Positions 35,554 through 44,959 of a stretch of DNA of 64,000 nt are shown here, piece by piece. Origin of the DNA: a phage; assembly GCA_031520405.1 (NCBI GenBank), contig GCA_031520405.1_4842.1; one strand, 5' to 3'. Under the pieces are notes generated by a model. The model had not been told where the DNA came from. It ran no database searches and was given only the letters and a program-made list of their open reading frames with translations. The translations under genes and the position numbers were made by a program. Positions within the stretch are counted from its first letter, which is position 1, and every line of letters starts with the position of its first letter.

Positions 35554-36186
35554 TCATCCTTCTACCTTCAGCCCCATCAGGTCTTCCATGGTTTTCTGAA
35601 TGCGTAGCCAGTCAAGCGCCGCATCATAACGAGGATCATGATAGACCATGCCTTCCAGTTCCCACGCCTTGATACCAGCATATCGATCCTGCTGCCCAAC
35701 ACCCTTCAGCCAGCTTACGATGTCAAATGTGTGGTGATAGTCCCAAGGTTCGTTGGAATCTTGCTTACACGTCACCTCAATGATGTGCTGAGCCTTGCGT
35801 AGGTCAAACAGATTCCTATCACACCAGTCAACCGATCGCGGGTCGATCCCAAGGCGATGGCATCCCCTGCGAATTTCATCGGCCAATTTGAAAATAGAAA
35901 TATCCTTGTCGGTCGGATATAGACTGATAGTTCGGGCGGCGTCGCACGGGTTGCGTTTACCTGTACCCAGCCACCATTCCACAGTGCCCTGGTCTTTCAC
36001 ACGGCCAAGTTCAATCTGTTCTTTGACATTCAGTTTGATAAATGTCGTGCGCTCTACAACAAGCTGCTGAAGAGTATAACGCTTGGTCAGGTCGGCGATA
36101 GTCTGTGCCCAAGACAACATGACAGCATCATCCCAACGACCGAGAGTTTCGCTATCAGCGACGGCCAAGAAATTAGATTTATACAT
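35554..36186 (-). CDS. dexA: DEDDh 3'-5' exonuclease, DexA-like
   Basis: Exo motifs FLAVADSETLG (DxE) and YHDPRYDAA (YH..D) parallel T4 DexA (IIDFETMG; AHDSIHDCA); 210 aa. Confidence 0.55.
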   Translation of the reverse strand: MYKSNFLAVADSETLGRWDDAVMLSWAQTIADLTKRYTLQQLVVERTTFIKLNVKEQIELGRVKDQGTVEWWLGTGKRNPCDAARTISLYPTDKDISIFKLADEIRRGCHRLGIDPRSVDWCDRNLFDLRKAQHIIEVTCKQDSNEPWDYHHTFDIVSWLKGVGQQDRYAGIKAWELEGMVYHDPRYDAALDWLRIQKTMEDLMGLKVEG

Positions 36187-36523
36187 CAGTTTCCCCTGCT
36201 TTCTCTAAAAGGAGTTTCAAAGGATATGTCCCACAAGCGGTGGCATACTCGACTTTGAAATATGAATTATCGTTCATGGCGAAATTGCGATGTGGGAAAT
36301 ATTCCCCGTCATCCAACCCGCCTAATCCCCCGCCGACGCGATATTGTTTTAACTCGACTTCGCCGCCATAACGGAGTTGGGCATATAGGCCGATAGGAGC
36401 GCGAACATAATGCTCCAGCCATACCCAATTTCCATCGTGTAAACGTGTAGGGATAAATGCAAAACGCACCTTGGGATGAAGAACGGCTTTGGCGAGCATC
36501 TCTTCTGTTATTTCACGCTTCAT
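36179..36523 (-). CDS. hypothetical protein (114 aa)
   Basis: ORF from track. Confidence 0.45.
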   Translation of the reverse strand: MKREITEEMLAKAVLHPKVRFAFIPTRLHDGNWVWLEHYVRAPIGLYAQLRYGGEVELKQYRVGGGLGGLDDGEYFPHRNFAMNDNSYFKVEYATACGTYPLKLLLEKAGETDV

Positions 36524-37140
36524 CCAATACCTTCCTCTTCGATGATATCTTCTTCACTAGCGACGACAGAGATTCCGTAGTCTACCATCTGGGAAAGTTC
36601 TTGTAAATCTTGTTCAAACCCGTCACCCTGTCGGATATAAAAGACGGGTACGACACGACGCCTGGTATCTTCGAAGATAGTATCCGCGATTTTATTAATC
36701 TGGCTCACCACATGAAACAGTTTCAATCCACCGATGCCACAGCCGATGGCGGGTAAACCAACATAGACTGTTTCGTCAGTTTTTGCCTCAATGATATCGT
36801 GAACTTGTTCAAACATAATCTGAACTGAACTGATAATGGAAGGCATGCGTGCGTTAGGACCAGGGTAGAACTGAGTGTACAAATTGAATCCCCAGACACC
36901 AGTGTCATGATCAAACGCATAGGACATGTTCCCCAAACGTTGTTCCGGACCACGTTCATCTAATTGGTCGGCTCGGTAAATTTCTGGGAAATCTAATCGA
37001 ACATGGTTGGCGATACCTGCGCCCATCACAGACCAACAATTTGCGCCATGAGCGAAAGCATTGATGAGATTAAAACTCGTAGCGGCTTTCAGTAAATCGC
37101 CGTTTGTGATAACATATGTGGTCATGCGTAACGTCTCCAT
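36520..37140 (-). CDS. macro domain protein (ADP-ribose binding / processing)
   Basis: YVITNGDLL, INAFAHGANCWSVMGAGIA and GLPAIGCGIGGL match the macro-domain motifs (xxGD, NAAN..G.G, G.G.G); 206 aa. Confidence 0.6.
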   Translation of the reverse strand: METLRMTTYVITNGDLLKAATSFNLINAFAHGANCWSVMGAGIANHVRLDFPEIYRADQLDERGPEQRLGNMSYAFDHDTGVWGFNLYTQFYPGPNARMPSIISSVQIMFEQVHDIIEAKTDETVYVGLPAIGCGIGGLKLFHVVSQINKIADTIFEDTRRRVVPVFYIRQGDGFEQDLQELSQMVDYGISVVASEEDIIEEEGIG

Positions 37141-37358
37141 TGTATAATTTCGTTGTTGACACAGCTAACCTGGATGATACACATATTCTGGCGATGGTCA
37201 GTGAGTGTCATAATAAAACTGTCTGTCTGTGCCATAACACAATTGACAGATATTCCTCGCATTATCAAACGAACACAGATTTCTTGATATAATCGTTTCA
37301 TGTATCCTGAAACTGAAGCGGACTCATACACGCGTTCAAATTCATATAACTCGTTCAT
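37122..37358 (-). CDS. hypothetical protein (78 aa)
   Basis: ORF from track. Confidence 0.4.
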   Translation of the reverse strand: MNELYEFERVYESASVSGYMKRLYQEICVRLIMRGISVNCVMAQTDSFIMTLTDHRQNMCIIQVSCVNNEIIQWRRYA

Positions 37359-37579
37359 TTATTCAGACCATCAATAGCGTGTTCGGAAATATATTCAACG
37401 AATTGGTTATCAGCTGCCATCTTTAAAAGTTCAAATAATTCCGTTCCAACGGTACTCCCAAACATCCCTTCCAATACACCCTGAACATCTTCATCTATTT
37501 CTTCGATGACGAGTCCATACGATTTCAGGCGGCGTGAAATAGCACGGAACTGGGCAATATCACCAATTTCATTTGCCAT
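37355..37579 (-). CDS. hypothetical protein (74 aa)
   Basis: ORF from track; acidic. Confidence 0.45.
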   Translation of the reverse strand: MANEIGDIAQFRAISRRLKSYGLVIEEIDEDVQGVLEGMFGSTVGTELFELLKMAADNQFVEYISEHAIDGLNK

Positions 37580-37628
37580 GTTATTTGTCTCATTATGGGG
37601 TTAGGCGGCAATTATACCGCCAATTTAT

Positions 37629-38042
37629 TCAATAGAGGTCTTCGGAAAAGAGTTCTTTGAAAGGAGTGTTCTTCAAACGGACCTGATTAGTTTGTCCGGC
37701 TTCACGAGCGACCACAGCGGCCTCTTCACGGGACATCCATTGCCCATAGTTATCAATAAACCCTTGTTCACGAGTGTGGGTGGTTTCGATAATACCTGCT
37801 TCCTTCAATCGTTTGAGTTGCGTGTTCATCAATTTGTCGTGATGTCGGGCGCTTACAACGATCACATCACCATATTTGTTGGCAGCAGCCACAACACGCC
37901 GATCAAACTTGGTTGGGTCAGGTATATCACGAGTATACAAGGCGATGTGAGTGTCGTCCACGTCCCCTTTCACCTCAGAATATAACTGACACCCATTAGG
38001 AGATCCAGTAGGTAAAGAACGAAAATATCCAAGTAATTTCAT
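37629..38042 (-). CDS. hypothetical protein (137 aa)
   Basis: ORF from track. Confidence 0.45.
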   Translation of the reverse strand: MKLLGYFRSLPTGSPNGCQLYSEVKGDVDDTHIALYTRDIPDPTKFDRRVVAAANKYGDVIVVSARHHDKLMNTQLKRLKEAGIIETTHTREQGFIDNYGQWMSREEAAVVAREAGQTNQVRLKNTPFKELFSEDLY

Positions 38043-38045
38043 AAT

Positions 38046-38405
38046 CTAATCTATCCATATTTCAGGTTCGGGGATATCAACCATCTCCACCGTTTGATTC
38101 TTTAATTCGTGGAAACAGTCACCAAGGAATTGTAATTTACCATCAGTCAAGAACAAATGACAACGACTCGCCGGATCAGAATGATTCACCAACAGACTAG
38201 GAGTGAAAGTCGGTGATTCGAGATCGTGATTCCATTGCCATATTGGGCCAGGCATTTGCCCTGAAATGCGATAAGGATGAAGCATATTACATCCAGGACA
38301 ATGAAAATATATGGAACCACCCATTGATAATAATTTTGGAGTCAATAATTTTGACATATCACGCCTCCACTTCTTCATCAGGATTGTATGGGTGTAATTC
38401 TCCAA
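38046..38405 (-). CDS. hypothetical Cys-containing protein (start uncertain)
   Basis: HCPGC ... C..H pattern suggests metal binding; the 5' end overlaps the upstream gene. Confidence 0.4.
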   Translation of the reverse strand: MENYTHTILMKKWRRDMSKLLTPKLLSMGGSIYFHCPGCNMLHPYRISGQMPGPIWQWNHDLESPTFTPSLLVNHSDPASRCHLFLTDGKLQFLGDCFHELKNQTVEMVDIPEPEIWID

Positions 38406-38637
38406 TTAACTTAGGGAATAATGCGAATCCAAATAAATTAAATGAACGCATGGTGCCAACCATACCCACTTCATCCGATTCGGTTACATCAGAAAGAGCG
38501 CAAAGAGGTATCCATAAATCTTGTTGGCCTTCATGATTGACAAAAGCAACTTCCTCTTTAATAAAACGAGGGCATAAGATATCGAACAACCAATAGAAGA
38601 AAGTCAGCAATGAGAGACTGCGGAAATATACAAACAT
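38359..38637 (-). CDS. small membrane protein
   Basis: Start set to the ATG with AAGGGG RBS (MFVYFRSLSLLTFFYWLF...); hydrophobic N-terminus. Confidence 0.4.
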   Translation of the reverse strand: MFVYFRSLSLLTFFYWLFDILCPRFIKEEVAFVNHEGQQDLWIPLCALSDVTESDEVGMVGTMRSFNLFGFALFPKLIGELHPYNPDEEVEA

Positions 38638-38679
38638 GGTGAACCCCTTGCTTGTTTGGAGGGAATTCACCCTCCGGAT

Positions 38680-40011
38680 TTATAGGCCCAATGCCTTTTC
38701 AAGATCATCTAAATCTTCAGTATAAAGATCGATGTCTTGCTTATTATTTAATTCTTCTCGTTGAACTTCTAAATTCTTTATCTGGTTCAACAAACGTTCA
38801 CGGGCATCTAGTGTAATTGATGATAAAGACATCTTGAATAAATCATCGAGATCGCCATCAAAATCAGGATAGTCTGTCTGGAATAACGCTTTCAGTTCCG
38901 TGAGGCTCCGGCGCATATCTGTAACGACAGCCCACCCAATGAATATGGCACGATTGTTCAAACGGTGTATTTTGTCGGTCAATTCCTTGATAAGATACTG
39001 ACGTCTATCTTCATAGCGACTCAGGCGATAATTGAAAAATGGAAGCAACATATCTTTCCAACCATCGTAACGGTGAATAACACCATCTTCATCCCAAGCT
39101 GTCCACACGGGCTTATTAGCTGAGTAGAGACGGAACATCTGTTCAACCTGTTCGTCATTCAACTTAGACAATTCACCCCGCTTGAATACAACAGTGATAT
39201 CCCAACCATCTTCGGTCGTATCGTTGGCGTACTCAGTGAGGACACCCGCCTTGTACAGAGGCAACAGCACTTTGGTCTCATAGGTTTTAGAGAACCAACC
39301 AATAGGAACCTCGGTGATGTTCAAAGTGGTTGCATTAACGCGGGTGAACAATCCACGACTGTATGCTCTTCCTTCCTCAGTATAGCCTGTCTCTCCTTTG
39401 AAACCATTCCAGTACGGTTTTAAGTCCTTCGGGTCTTCGCCACGGAGAAGTGCTCTCAGGGCACTGAGCACGGACTTAACGCAGTGGCATGGGGTGTCGG
39501 TGGCATAACCCGAGCCGATACCATTGATACCATTCACGAGAAACATGGGCAGGATGGGTAAAAAGAATTTCGGCTCCAGTTTCTCTTCCCCAAGATAATT
39601 GTATTCCAATATCCCATCGTCCTCCTTTCGGAAGATCTTACGGATAACTTCAGACACTGCCACTGAAATATAACGAGCGGAAGACGCTTCGCGCCCCATG
39701 ATTGAACCAAACTGTCCGTCGCGGTCAAAGTATGGGATGTTATTCGTACCTGGGAACCCCTGAGCCATGTTCACGATCGTACCGCTCATGTTCTCACCAC
39801 CGGATTTGTAATTCGTGCGAGCGGCGGCGAACATGCCAAGGCGGTCAACAATCTCCTCCTTGTTGTATTCAAGAGCAGCAAAGAGTATCTTACGCTGGCT
39901 TGGCTTCAGGCTGTCAATCAGCTGAGGGATTTGACGGATGCTGTTAACCACGGAAAACTCTTTATGATCCCCGTTGATAAATTCTGTTACGGTAATACTT
40001 TTAGCAACCAT
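38680..40011 (-). CDS. 52: DNA topoisomerase II medium subunit (gp52, GyrA-like)
   Basis: LIDSLKPSQRKILFAALE, DGQFGSIMGREASSARYISVAVS and FLPILPMFLVNGINGIGSGYAT parallel T4 gp52; start set at the ATG just after the stop of the large-subunit gene (AGGA RBS). Confidence 0.85.
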   Translation of the reverse strand: MVAKSITVTEFINGDHKEFSVVNSIRQIPQLIDSLKPSQRKILFAALEYNKEEIVDRLGMFAAARTNYKSGGENMSGTIVNMAQGFPGTNNIPYFDRDGQFGSIMGREASSARYISVAVSEVIRKIFRKEDDGILEYNYLGEEKLEPKFFLPILPMFLVNGINGIGSGYATDTPCHCVKSVLSALRALLRGEDPKDLKPYWNGFKGETGYTEEGRAYSRGLFTRVNATTLNITEVPIGWFSKTYETKVLLPLYKAGVLTEYANDTTEDGWDITVVFKRGELSKLNDEQVEQMFRLYSANKPVWTAWDEDGVIHRYDGWKDMLLPFFNYRLSRYEDRRQYLIKELTDKIHRLNNRAIFIGWAVVTDMRRSLTELKALFQTDYPDFDGDLDDLFKMSLSSITLDARERLLNQIKNLEVQREELNNKQDIDLYTEDLDDLEKALGL

Positions 40012-40012
40012 C

Positions 40013-41926
40013 TTATTCATCCTCGGTTTCAAATAGGCAAACATCGCTAAACCAGGTTTTTCGGTAATCAGCAGCCTCATCACCGAAACCATTCTTCAGT
40101 GACTGCTTGTATCCATCGTCCAGCGTGACCGTCGTAGTATACGCATCCAGGTTGTTTAGAATACGCTTGAAGTCTTCAGTGCTGTTACCGCCAAGACCTT
40201 TCAGATATTTCTTCTTCGTGATCTTCTTGGCGTCGGGTGTCTTCAGGAACTCCTCATATTCGGCATTGTTCATGAATTCGTGCATTATATTACCACACCA
40301 CACGCGCATGTATGGAGTACGAAGGAGCTTCAGCCTACCCTGACGAACGTATTCAGGCCAGAACGTACAATACAGAGTTATTAACAACCCACGGATATGA
40401 ATGCCGTCGTCATCCGCGTCTGTTGCCACGACGGTCTGTGGGTAGCGGCTGATGTCAAGCGGCTGACCTGGTACTGCACCGCCGTGGATTGTGCACAGGT
40501 TCTTGAACTCTTCGTTCGCCATCACTTTTGAGCGCGGGGCGTTCAAGCAGTTGATAAACTTACCACGAAGCGGGAACAAACCAATTTTCTTGGTATCACG
40601 AGCGTTCAGGATAGGGTTGGATGCGCTGTCACCTTCTGTCAGTAGCAGAGAACACCCACTGCGGTCGCCTCTGGCGGTCGCCGGATAATACTTCTCAATC
40701 TCACGATAATCCCGTTTGCTGATATCCTTCTTCGCCTTTTCAAATTCGGCATCTTCTTGTTCATTGCGTAATGAAGCCAGTTCTTTACTCAGCCCTGCTG
40801 TCACGAACTCAAGCGCCTTGCGAATCAGTTTATCGCTGGGCTTGTAGGACGTACCAAACTGGCTCACAGGAGTCGTCATGCGCTCCTTGGTCTGGCTGTC
40901 AAAGCGAGGGTTGTTGATGTCGGCGGCGATGAACAATGACATGTGGTTCTTGATCATCGCTGGCTTCAGTTCGGTCTTGAACTTCTTAACCAGCTGAGGG
41001 CGTATAGCCGCCACGATCTGGTCAGCAACATAATCAACGTGAGGTCCACCGATGTGCGTGGCGATTGAGTTCACGTATGATGCATGCATGAACGCACCAG
41101 ATGAGGGAGTGATAGCAACAGACCAATCATCCGTTTCATCAACAGCCGAGCCAGCGTAGAAGTAATCAACGAAATGACCAAATCGATCAATGCGGATTTG
41201 CTTGCCGTTGAGAACAACCTTCAGGCGCGGGTTGCATGCTGCCACTTCGAATGCACGACGGTAAATCATGAGCAGGTTGTTCTGGTCAAGCCCCTTAACA
41301 CCCAGGCGCGCATAATCAGGGATCCAGGCAATAGTGGTGCCGAACTCTTTCGGTGTATTGCCGATGACCGGATTGGACTTCTTGCTCATGTTGTCTTCAA
41401 ACAGCTGAGTATAAGACTTCTTGCCGTCACTGGTAGCAACGCGGAACCACTTTGAGAACACGTTGACGAGCGAAGCCCCTTCACCGTTCTGGCCGCCGGA
41501 CTTCTGGTTGTTGTACTCCTCGTCCTCATCGTTGAAGTTGCTGCCCGCATAGAGCGAGCCAAACAACATCTCAGGGAGCCACTCATTGGTGACGCCATGC
41601 TTGACCACAGGGATACCCCCGTTGTCGGAAACGATGATTTGACCGTTCATAGGGGAGACCGTGACGGTGATTTCCGTCAAGCCTTTACCCTCAGGGGTTT
41701 TGCTGTGGTCAACACAGTTGGTGATGATTTCATCAAACTGTTTGATCAGCGCAGGGGAGTACTCAAAGTTGTCACGAAAGATGACTTTGTCTTTGGTTGG
41801 GTCATACACCCACACCGTCCCCACAGACGAACGAATACTGCCCAGATGACGCTCTGGGCGAAGTAGGATATGCTCTATGTGAGTGAGCTTTTTGTATTTG
41901 CGTTCAATATCAATTTTGTTGGACAT
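40013..41926 (-). CDS. 39: DNA topoisomerase II large subunit (gp39, GyrB-like ATPase and TOPRIM; unsplit)
   Basis: 637 aa with GHKL ATPase N-domain and TOPRIM region (LLLTEGDSAS ... DADDDGIHIRGL); longer than T4 gp39, so the gp60-equivalent C-terminal part appears contiguous. Confidence 0.85.
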   Translation of the reverse strand: MSNKIDIERKYKKLTHIEHILLRPERHLGSIRSSVGTVWVYDPTKDKVIFRDNFEYSPALIKQFDEIITNCVDHSKTPEGKGLTEITVTVSPMNGQIIVSDNGGIPVVKHGVTNEWLPEMLFGSLYAGSNFNDEDEEYNNQKSGGQNGEGASLVNVFSKWFRVATSDGKKSYTQLFEDNMSKKSNPVIGNTPKEFGTTIAWIPDYARLGVKGLDQNNLLMIYRRAFEVAACNPRLKVVLNGKQIRIDRFGHFVDYFYAGSAVDETDDWSVAITPSSGAFMHASYVNSIATHIGGPHVDYVADQIVAAIRPQLVKKFKTELKPAMIKNHMSLFIAADINNPRFDSQTKERMTTPVSQFGTSYKPSDKLIRKALEFVTAGLSKELASLRNEQEDAEFEKAKKDISKRDYREIEKYYPATARGDRSGCSLLLTEGDSASNPILNARDTKKIGLFPLRGKFINCLNAPRSKVMANEEFKNLCTIHGGAVPGQPLDISRYPQTVVATDADDDGIHIRGLLITLYCTFWPEYVRQGRLKLLRTPYMRVWCGNIMHEFMNNAEYEEFLKTPDAKKITKKKYLKGLGGNSTEDFKRILNNLDAYTTTVTLDDGYKQSLKNGFGDEAADYRKTWFSDVCLFETEDE

Positions 41927-41975
41927 CGGCCTATCCCGTCAATGGTAAACACACAAGATTATGTATGGGGTTGGC

Positions 41976-42554
41976 TTATAGACCAAATTTAGTGCGCCAC
42001 TTTTCAACTTTGTGTTCTATAGCATGTTCTACTTTAACGATCGTGTTGATATGGTTTTGATTATACCCACACGCCAATTTGGCAGTATTGCGTATCAGAT
42101 TTGAAACCAGGTCTACCATATTATCTTCTGAACGTTGAGGTTGGTTCAGTAAACGAGTGATGCGGCCTTTGTAATGATTAACCATCGCAAGATATTTGTC
42201 TATAGTTTCAACACCACTGTAGAACCAATAATCCTCCAACGTATGTTGACTGAGATCAGTTGTGTGATTGGCCATAGCCAAAGCAAACACCATGGAGTCA
42301 AAGATTTCTTCTTTGGACATAGACCCATGTTGTTGAACTTGTTGATAATCCACAACATATAATAGATCCAGAGCCGAGATGATAACGTCCGCCACTTCAC
42401 CGTTCAGGGGTTCGGATGCAGCGATTCCATAAAGCACATCTGATAGTTCACAAGACTCTTCCACGAGTTTGCAATATACAAACACAGGAGAACGATTAGG
42501 ATCGCGCTGGCTGAGTTCATATGATGTGTTGAAGATAGTTTTTAGAAAATTCAT
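41976..42554 (-). CDS. MazG-like nucleoside triphosphate pyrophosphohydrolase (putative)
   Basis: KLVEESCELSDVLYGIAASEP...EVADVIISALDL resembles the MazG/HisE EExxE...D metal-binding helices. Confidence 0.45.
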   Translation of the reverse strand: MNFLKTIFNTSYELSQRDPNRSPVFVYCKLVEESCELSDVLYGIAASEPLNGEVADVIISALDLLYVVDYQQVQQHGSMSKEEIFDSMVFALAMANHTTDLSQHTLEDYWFYSGVETIDKYLAMVNHYKGRITRLLNQPQRSEDNMVDLVSNLIRNTAKLACGYNQNHINTIVKVEHAIEHKVEKWRTKFGL

Positions 42555-43051
42555 TTCAAATATCCTTCTAGACGGAAGCGGTTAATATGCTGTATGATAA
42601 AATCCATAGAGTTTTGAAAACTGTATTTCCCCTGATGCTCATATGCATGAATAAGGGGAAGACGGCTGTGGGCCAATTGGAATCTCAACTTGGATGGCAT
42701 TGTCAGCAATTTTTGACTCGTCGCTGCGATAATGTCTCGTTTAAATTTGGGATCATCAGGGGACAATACAACGATGCGTGACTTGGCCAGGGTTTGTCCA
42801 AATTGCTTGGCGTCGTTCCCGTAAAGACTACGCAAGTCGTCGTGGCGATATTTTAGCCAATACCAGTAGCCTTCTAACGAATTGAAATTACCATCAACAG
42901 TATCCATGGGATGGTATGCAAAATGGGAAAGGAATCTGCCTAGTTCTGTGCGGCTTCGACTGTATATGTTGTAATGGGTCTTGCCTTCACTATCCGGCGT
43001 CATACGTTCTTTTGGAACATTGAGTAATGGGAGCATGATATAGGGTCTCAA
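42551..43051 (-). CDS. hypothetical protein (166 aa)
   Basis: ORF overlapping the MazG-like gene start (operon). Confidence 0.5.
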   Translation of the reverse strand: MRPYIMLPLLNVPKERMTPDSEGKTHYNIYSRSRTELGRFLSHFAYHPMDTVDGNFNSLEGYWYWLKYRHDDLRSLYGNDAKQFGQTLAKSRIVVLSPDDPKFKRDIIAATSQKLLTMPSKLRFQLAHSRLPLIHAYEHQGKYSFQNSMDFIIQHINRFRLEGYLK

Positions 43052-43077
43052 ATCAAAATTGCTGTGTGTGAGTTAAA

Positions 43078-43269
43078 TCAGATCTTTTTGTACGCTTTCA
43101 AAGCACTAATAACCGAGACGCCGCCAAATAGAACTAACAATATGAATCGTTCCATCCTAAAATCAGGAAGGGAAAGCAGTCCCACAAGGCTGTCTAAAGC
43201 AATCATGAACGTTACTCCAGTCAGCATGCCCAACTTAAAGGAGTTGGAACCTCTTTTGCAACGTAGCAT
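43078..43269 (-). CDS. small membrane protein (63 aa)
   Basis: Two hydrophobic segments. Confidence 0.35.
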   Translation of the reverse strand: MLRCKRGSNSFKLGMLTGVTFMIALDSLVGLLSLPDFRMERFILLVLFGGVSVISALKAYKKI

Positions 43270-43315
43270 AAATCACCTCCGATTCAAATGGGGAGTTCTC
43301 TCCCCACACAGATAT

Positions 43316-43825
43316 CTAGCCCAGAAATACTACTAAAGTCAAATTTGTGAGACTGGTCCGAGCATCCTGCAACATTTCACGGGCAGCGGCTAAACGTTTT
43401 ACATCATGTAGAGTGTCAGAGAACACGATTATGTTAGCCTTATCGATCCTGGTCCCCATGAAATGGGTGATTGTCGTCGTGCTCTCTTTCTTGTCGACAT
43501 CAGGGATAAGTAATTCTTCGCCCGTCTGAGGGTTGCGGGAAGGATAGAAGAATGCATCACGTTCACGAGAAGTATGGAAGACGCCAAACACATATGCGTC
43601 GTTTTCGACCTGAAACTTTTTAGAAAGTAGTTTCTTCAGAGCGGCTGTATGTCCGGTCTGGCGGAGCATTCTGTAGTAGAGCATGTTGCCGGAGCAAATA
43701 GGGTCTATCACTCCCCTAATTTGACGTTCCTTTTGTATCTCATACGCATCTGCCACAAGCTGCTGGATCATATCGACATGGGCATTCATGGAGATTTCTA
43801 TTTTACGTTTGATCATAGATTGCAT
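43316..43825 (-). CDS. hypothetical protein (169 aa)
   Basis: ORF from track. Confidence 0.5.
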   Translation of the reverse strand: MQSMIKRKIEISMNAHVDMIQQLVADAYEIQKERQIRGVIDPICSGNMLYYRMLRQTGHTAALKKLLSKKFQVENDAYVFGVFHTSRERDAFFYPSRNPQTGEELLIPDVDKKESTTTITHFMGTRIDKANIIVFSDTLHDVKRLAAAREMLQDARTSLTNLTLVVFLG

Positions 43826-43885
43826 TTGGTATATCCTCAGTTAGGTTCCGCTCATGGGGAACGGGTCCATTATACACCCAATGCT

Positions 43886-43913
43886 GGAAATGAAAAAGAG
43901 GCCGAAGCCTCTT
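43886..43913 (-). terminator. intrinsic terminator
   Basis: agaggc cgaa gcctct hairpin followed on the minus strand by ttttcatttcc. Confidence 0.55.
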
Positions 43914-44134
43914 TAATCGTCGTATTGGCCTGTCCTGAAATTCCATTTTCGCGCCTTGGATAAATCCAAATCTTTGAAAATGCTGCCAAAGATCTTTTTA
44001 AAATCAGACTCTTCTTCAAGATCTTTTGGTTTTTTGACAGGCTCCTTAACCATACCGCCTTCGGGTTTCCCCACATCGGCGGTCGTGGTTGCCGGAGCAG
44101 AAGAGTCTTCAAGGAAATCCTGGAAGCTCTTCAT
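43913..44134 (-). CDS. hypothetical protein (73 aa)
   Basis: ORF from track; Lys-rich. Confidence 0.4.
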   Translation of the reverse strand: MKSFQDFLEDSSAPATTTADVGKPEGGMVKEPVKKPKDLEEESDFKKIFGSIFKDLDLSKARKWNFRTGQYDD

Positions 44135-44137
44135 AAA

Positions 44138-44959
44138 TTACACCACAGCCATTTCACAACGAGTAGACGTGACAGAATGGCCATCTGCATCAGAAACAAC
44201 ACACCAATATTCGCCTTCATTTGCGGCTTCAACTGCTGTGATAACCAGGTTAGCAGTGGCGGCGGTGGCATTAGTGCCAGCATCGATAACTGACCCCGCA
44301 CCCCCAGGAGTATCAGAGAAATGCCACACATAAGTGTATGGAGTTGTACCGCCCGCAGCAACAACACTAAAGGTTCCGTCTTGTCCAGAAGTCACGTCTT
44401 TGGTGGCAGGTAAATCAGTCGACAGCGATAGAGCGCCTGCAACTGTAATAACCGTAGAATCTGTGTGATTCCCTTCAACCGTGACACCATAAACCGTTAC
44501 AGTTCCTGAAGCCAGCAATTTGAATTTACCACCACCGACATGTACAGCTTTCGTAATATCACCAGAATACCAATTAACGCCTTGATATGTGGCATTGGCA
44601 GGGGATACCGTCGCTAGCAATTCAACAAATTGTCCGATCTCTCCGCTGGCTGTAGCTGGAGTAATCACAAGTCCGGTGGTTAAAATAGCATTCGGATCGT
44701 GGATTTCATAAGATACTTGAAAGCCGATAGGCTTGGTGGGATCCACTTTGGTGACACCGTCCGCTTGTAAATTGCTCTTGGTGAGCAGAGCGTCAAGACC
44801 TTTACATTCGGTCAGGATCTCATCAGGATCTTGGTTGAGGCTGGTCTTTTGCCAACCCTTTGCAACACCCGTCACGACATGATTGCGTTCGGTTTCGGGT
44901 TTGTTGCGGACAACTTCCGGTGCGACTAATACTGTGATTGTTGGCATGGTTTCCTCCAC
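44138..44959 (-). CDS. Ig-like domain protein, Hoc-like capsid decoration candidate
   Basis: Big_2-like segment and a C-terminal Ig-type Y.C signature (TPYTYVWHF...NEGEYWCVVSD...RCEM). Confidence 0.45.
   Translation of the reverse strand: MEETMPTITVLVAPEVVRNKPETERNHVVTGVAKGWQKTSLNQDPDEILTECKGLDALLTKSNLQADGVTKVDPTKPIGFQVSYEIHDPNAILTTGLVITPATASGEIGQFVELLATVSPANATYQGVNWYSGDITKAVHVGGGKFKLLASGTVTVYGVTVEGNHTDSTVITVAGALSLSTDLPATKDVTSGQDGTFSVVAAGGTTPYTYVWHFSDTPGGAGSVIDAGTNATAATANLVITAVEAANEGEYWCVVSDADGHSVTSTRCEMAVV

Noticed and set aside
34154-37140. Complete 7-deazaguanine synthesis cluster (QueC + QueD + QueE + FolE + DpdA)
   Set aside because: Only the QueC-like gene is recognisable; neighbouring ORFs lack the QueD CxxxHGH, radical-SAM CxxxCxxC or TGT zinc-site motifs, so I report an orphan QueC-like gene rather than a full pathway.
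41174-41866. Plus-strand ORFs inside the topoisomerase II large-subunit gene
   Set aside because: Antisense to a confidently identified gene; no RBS or promoter context.
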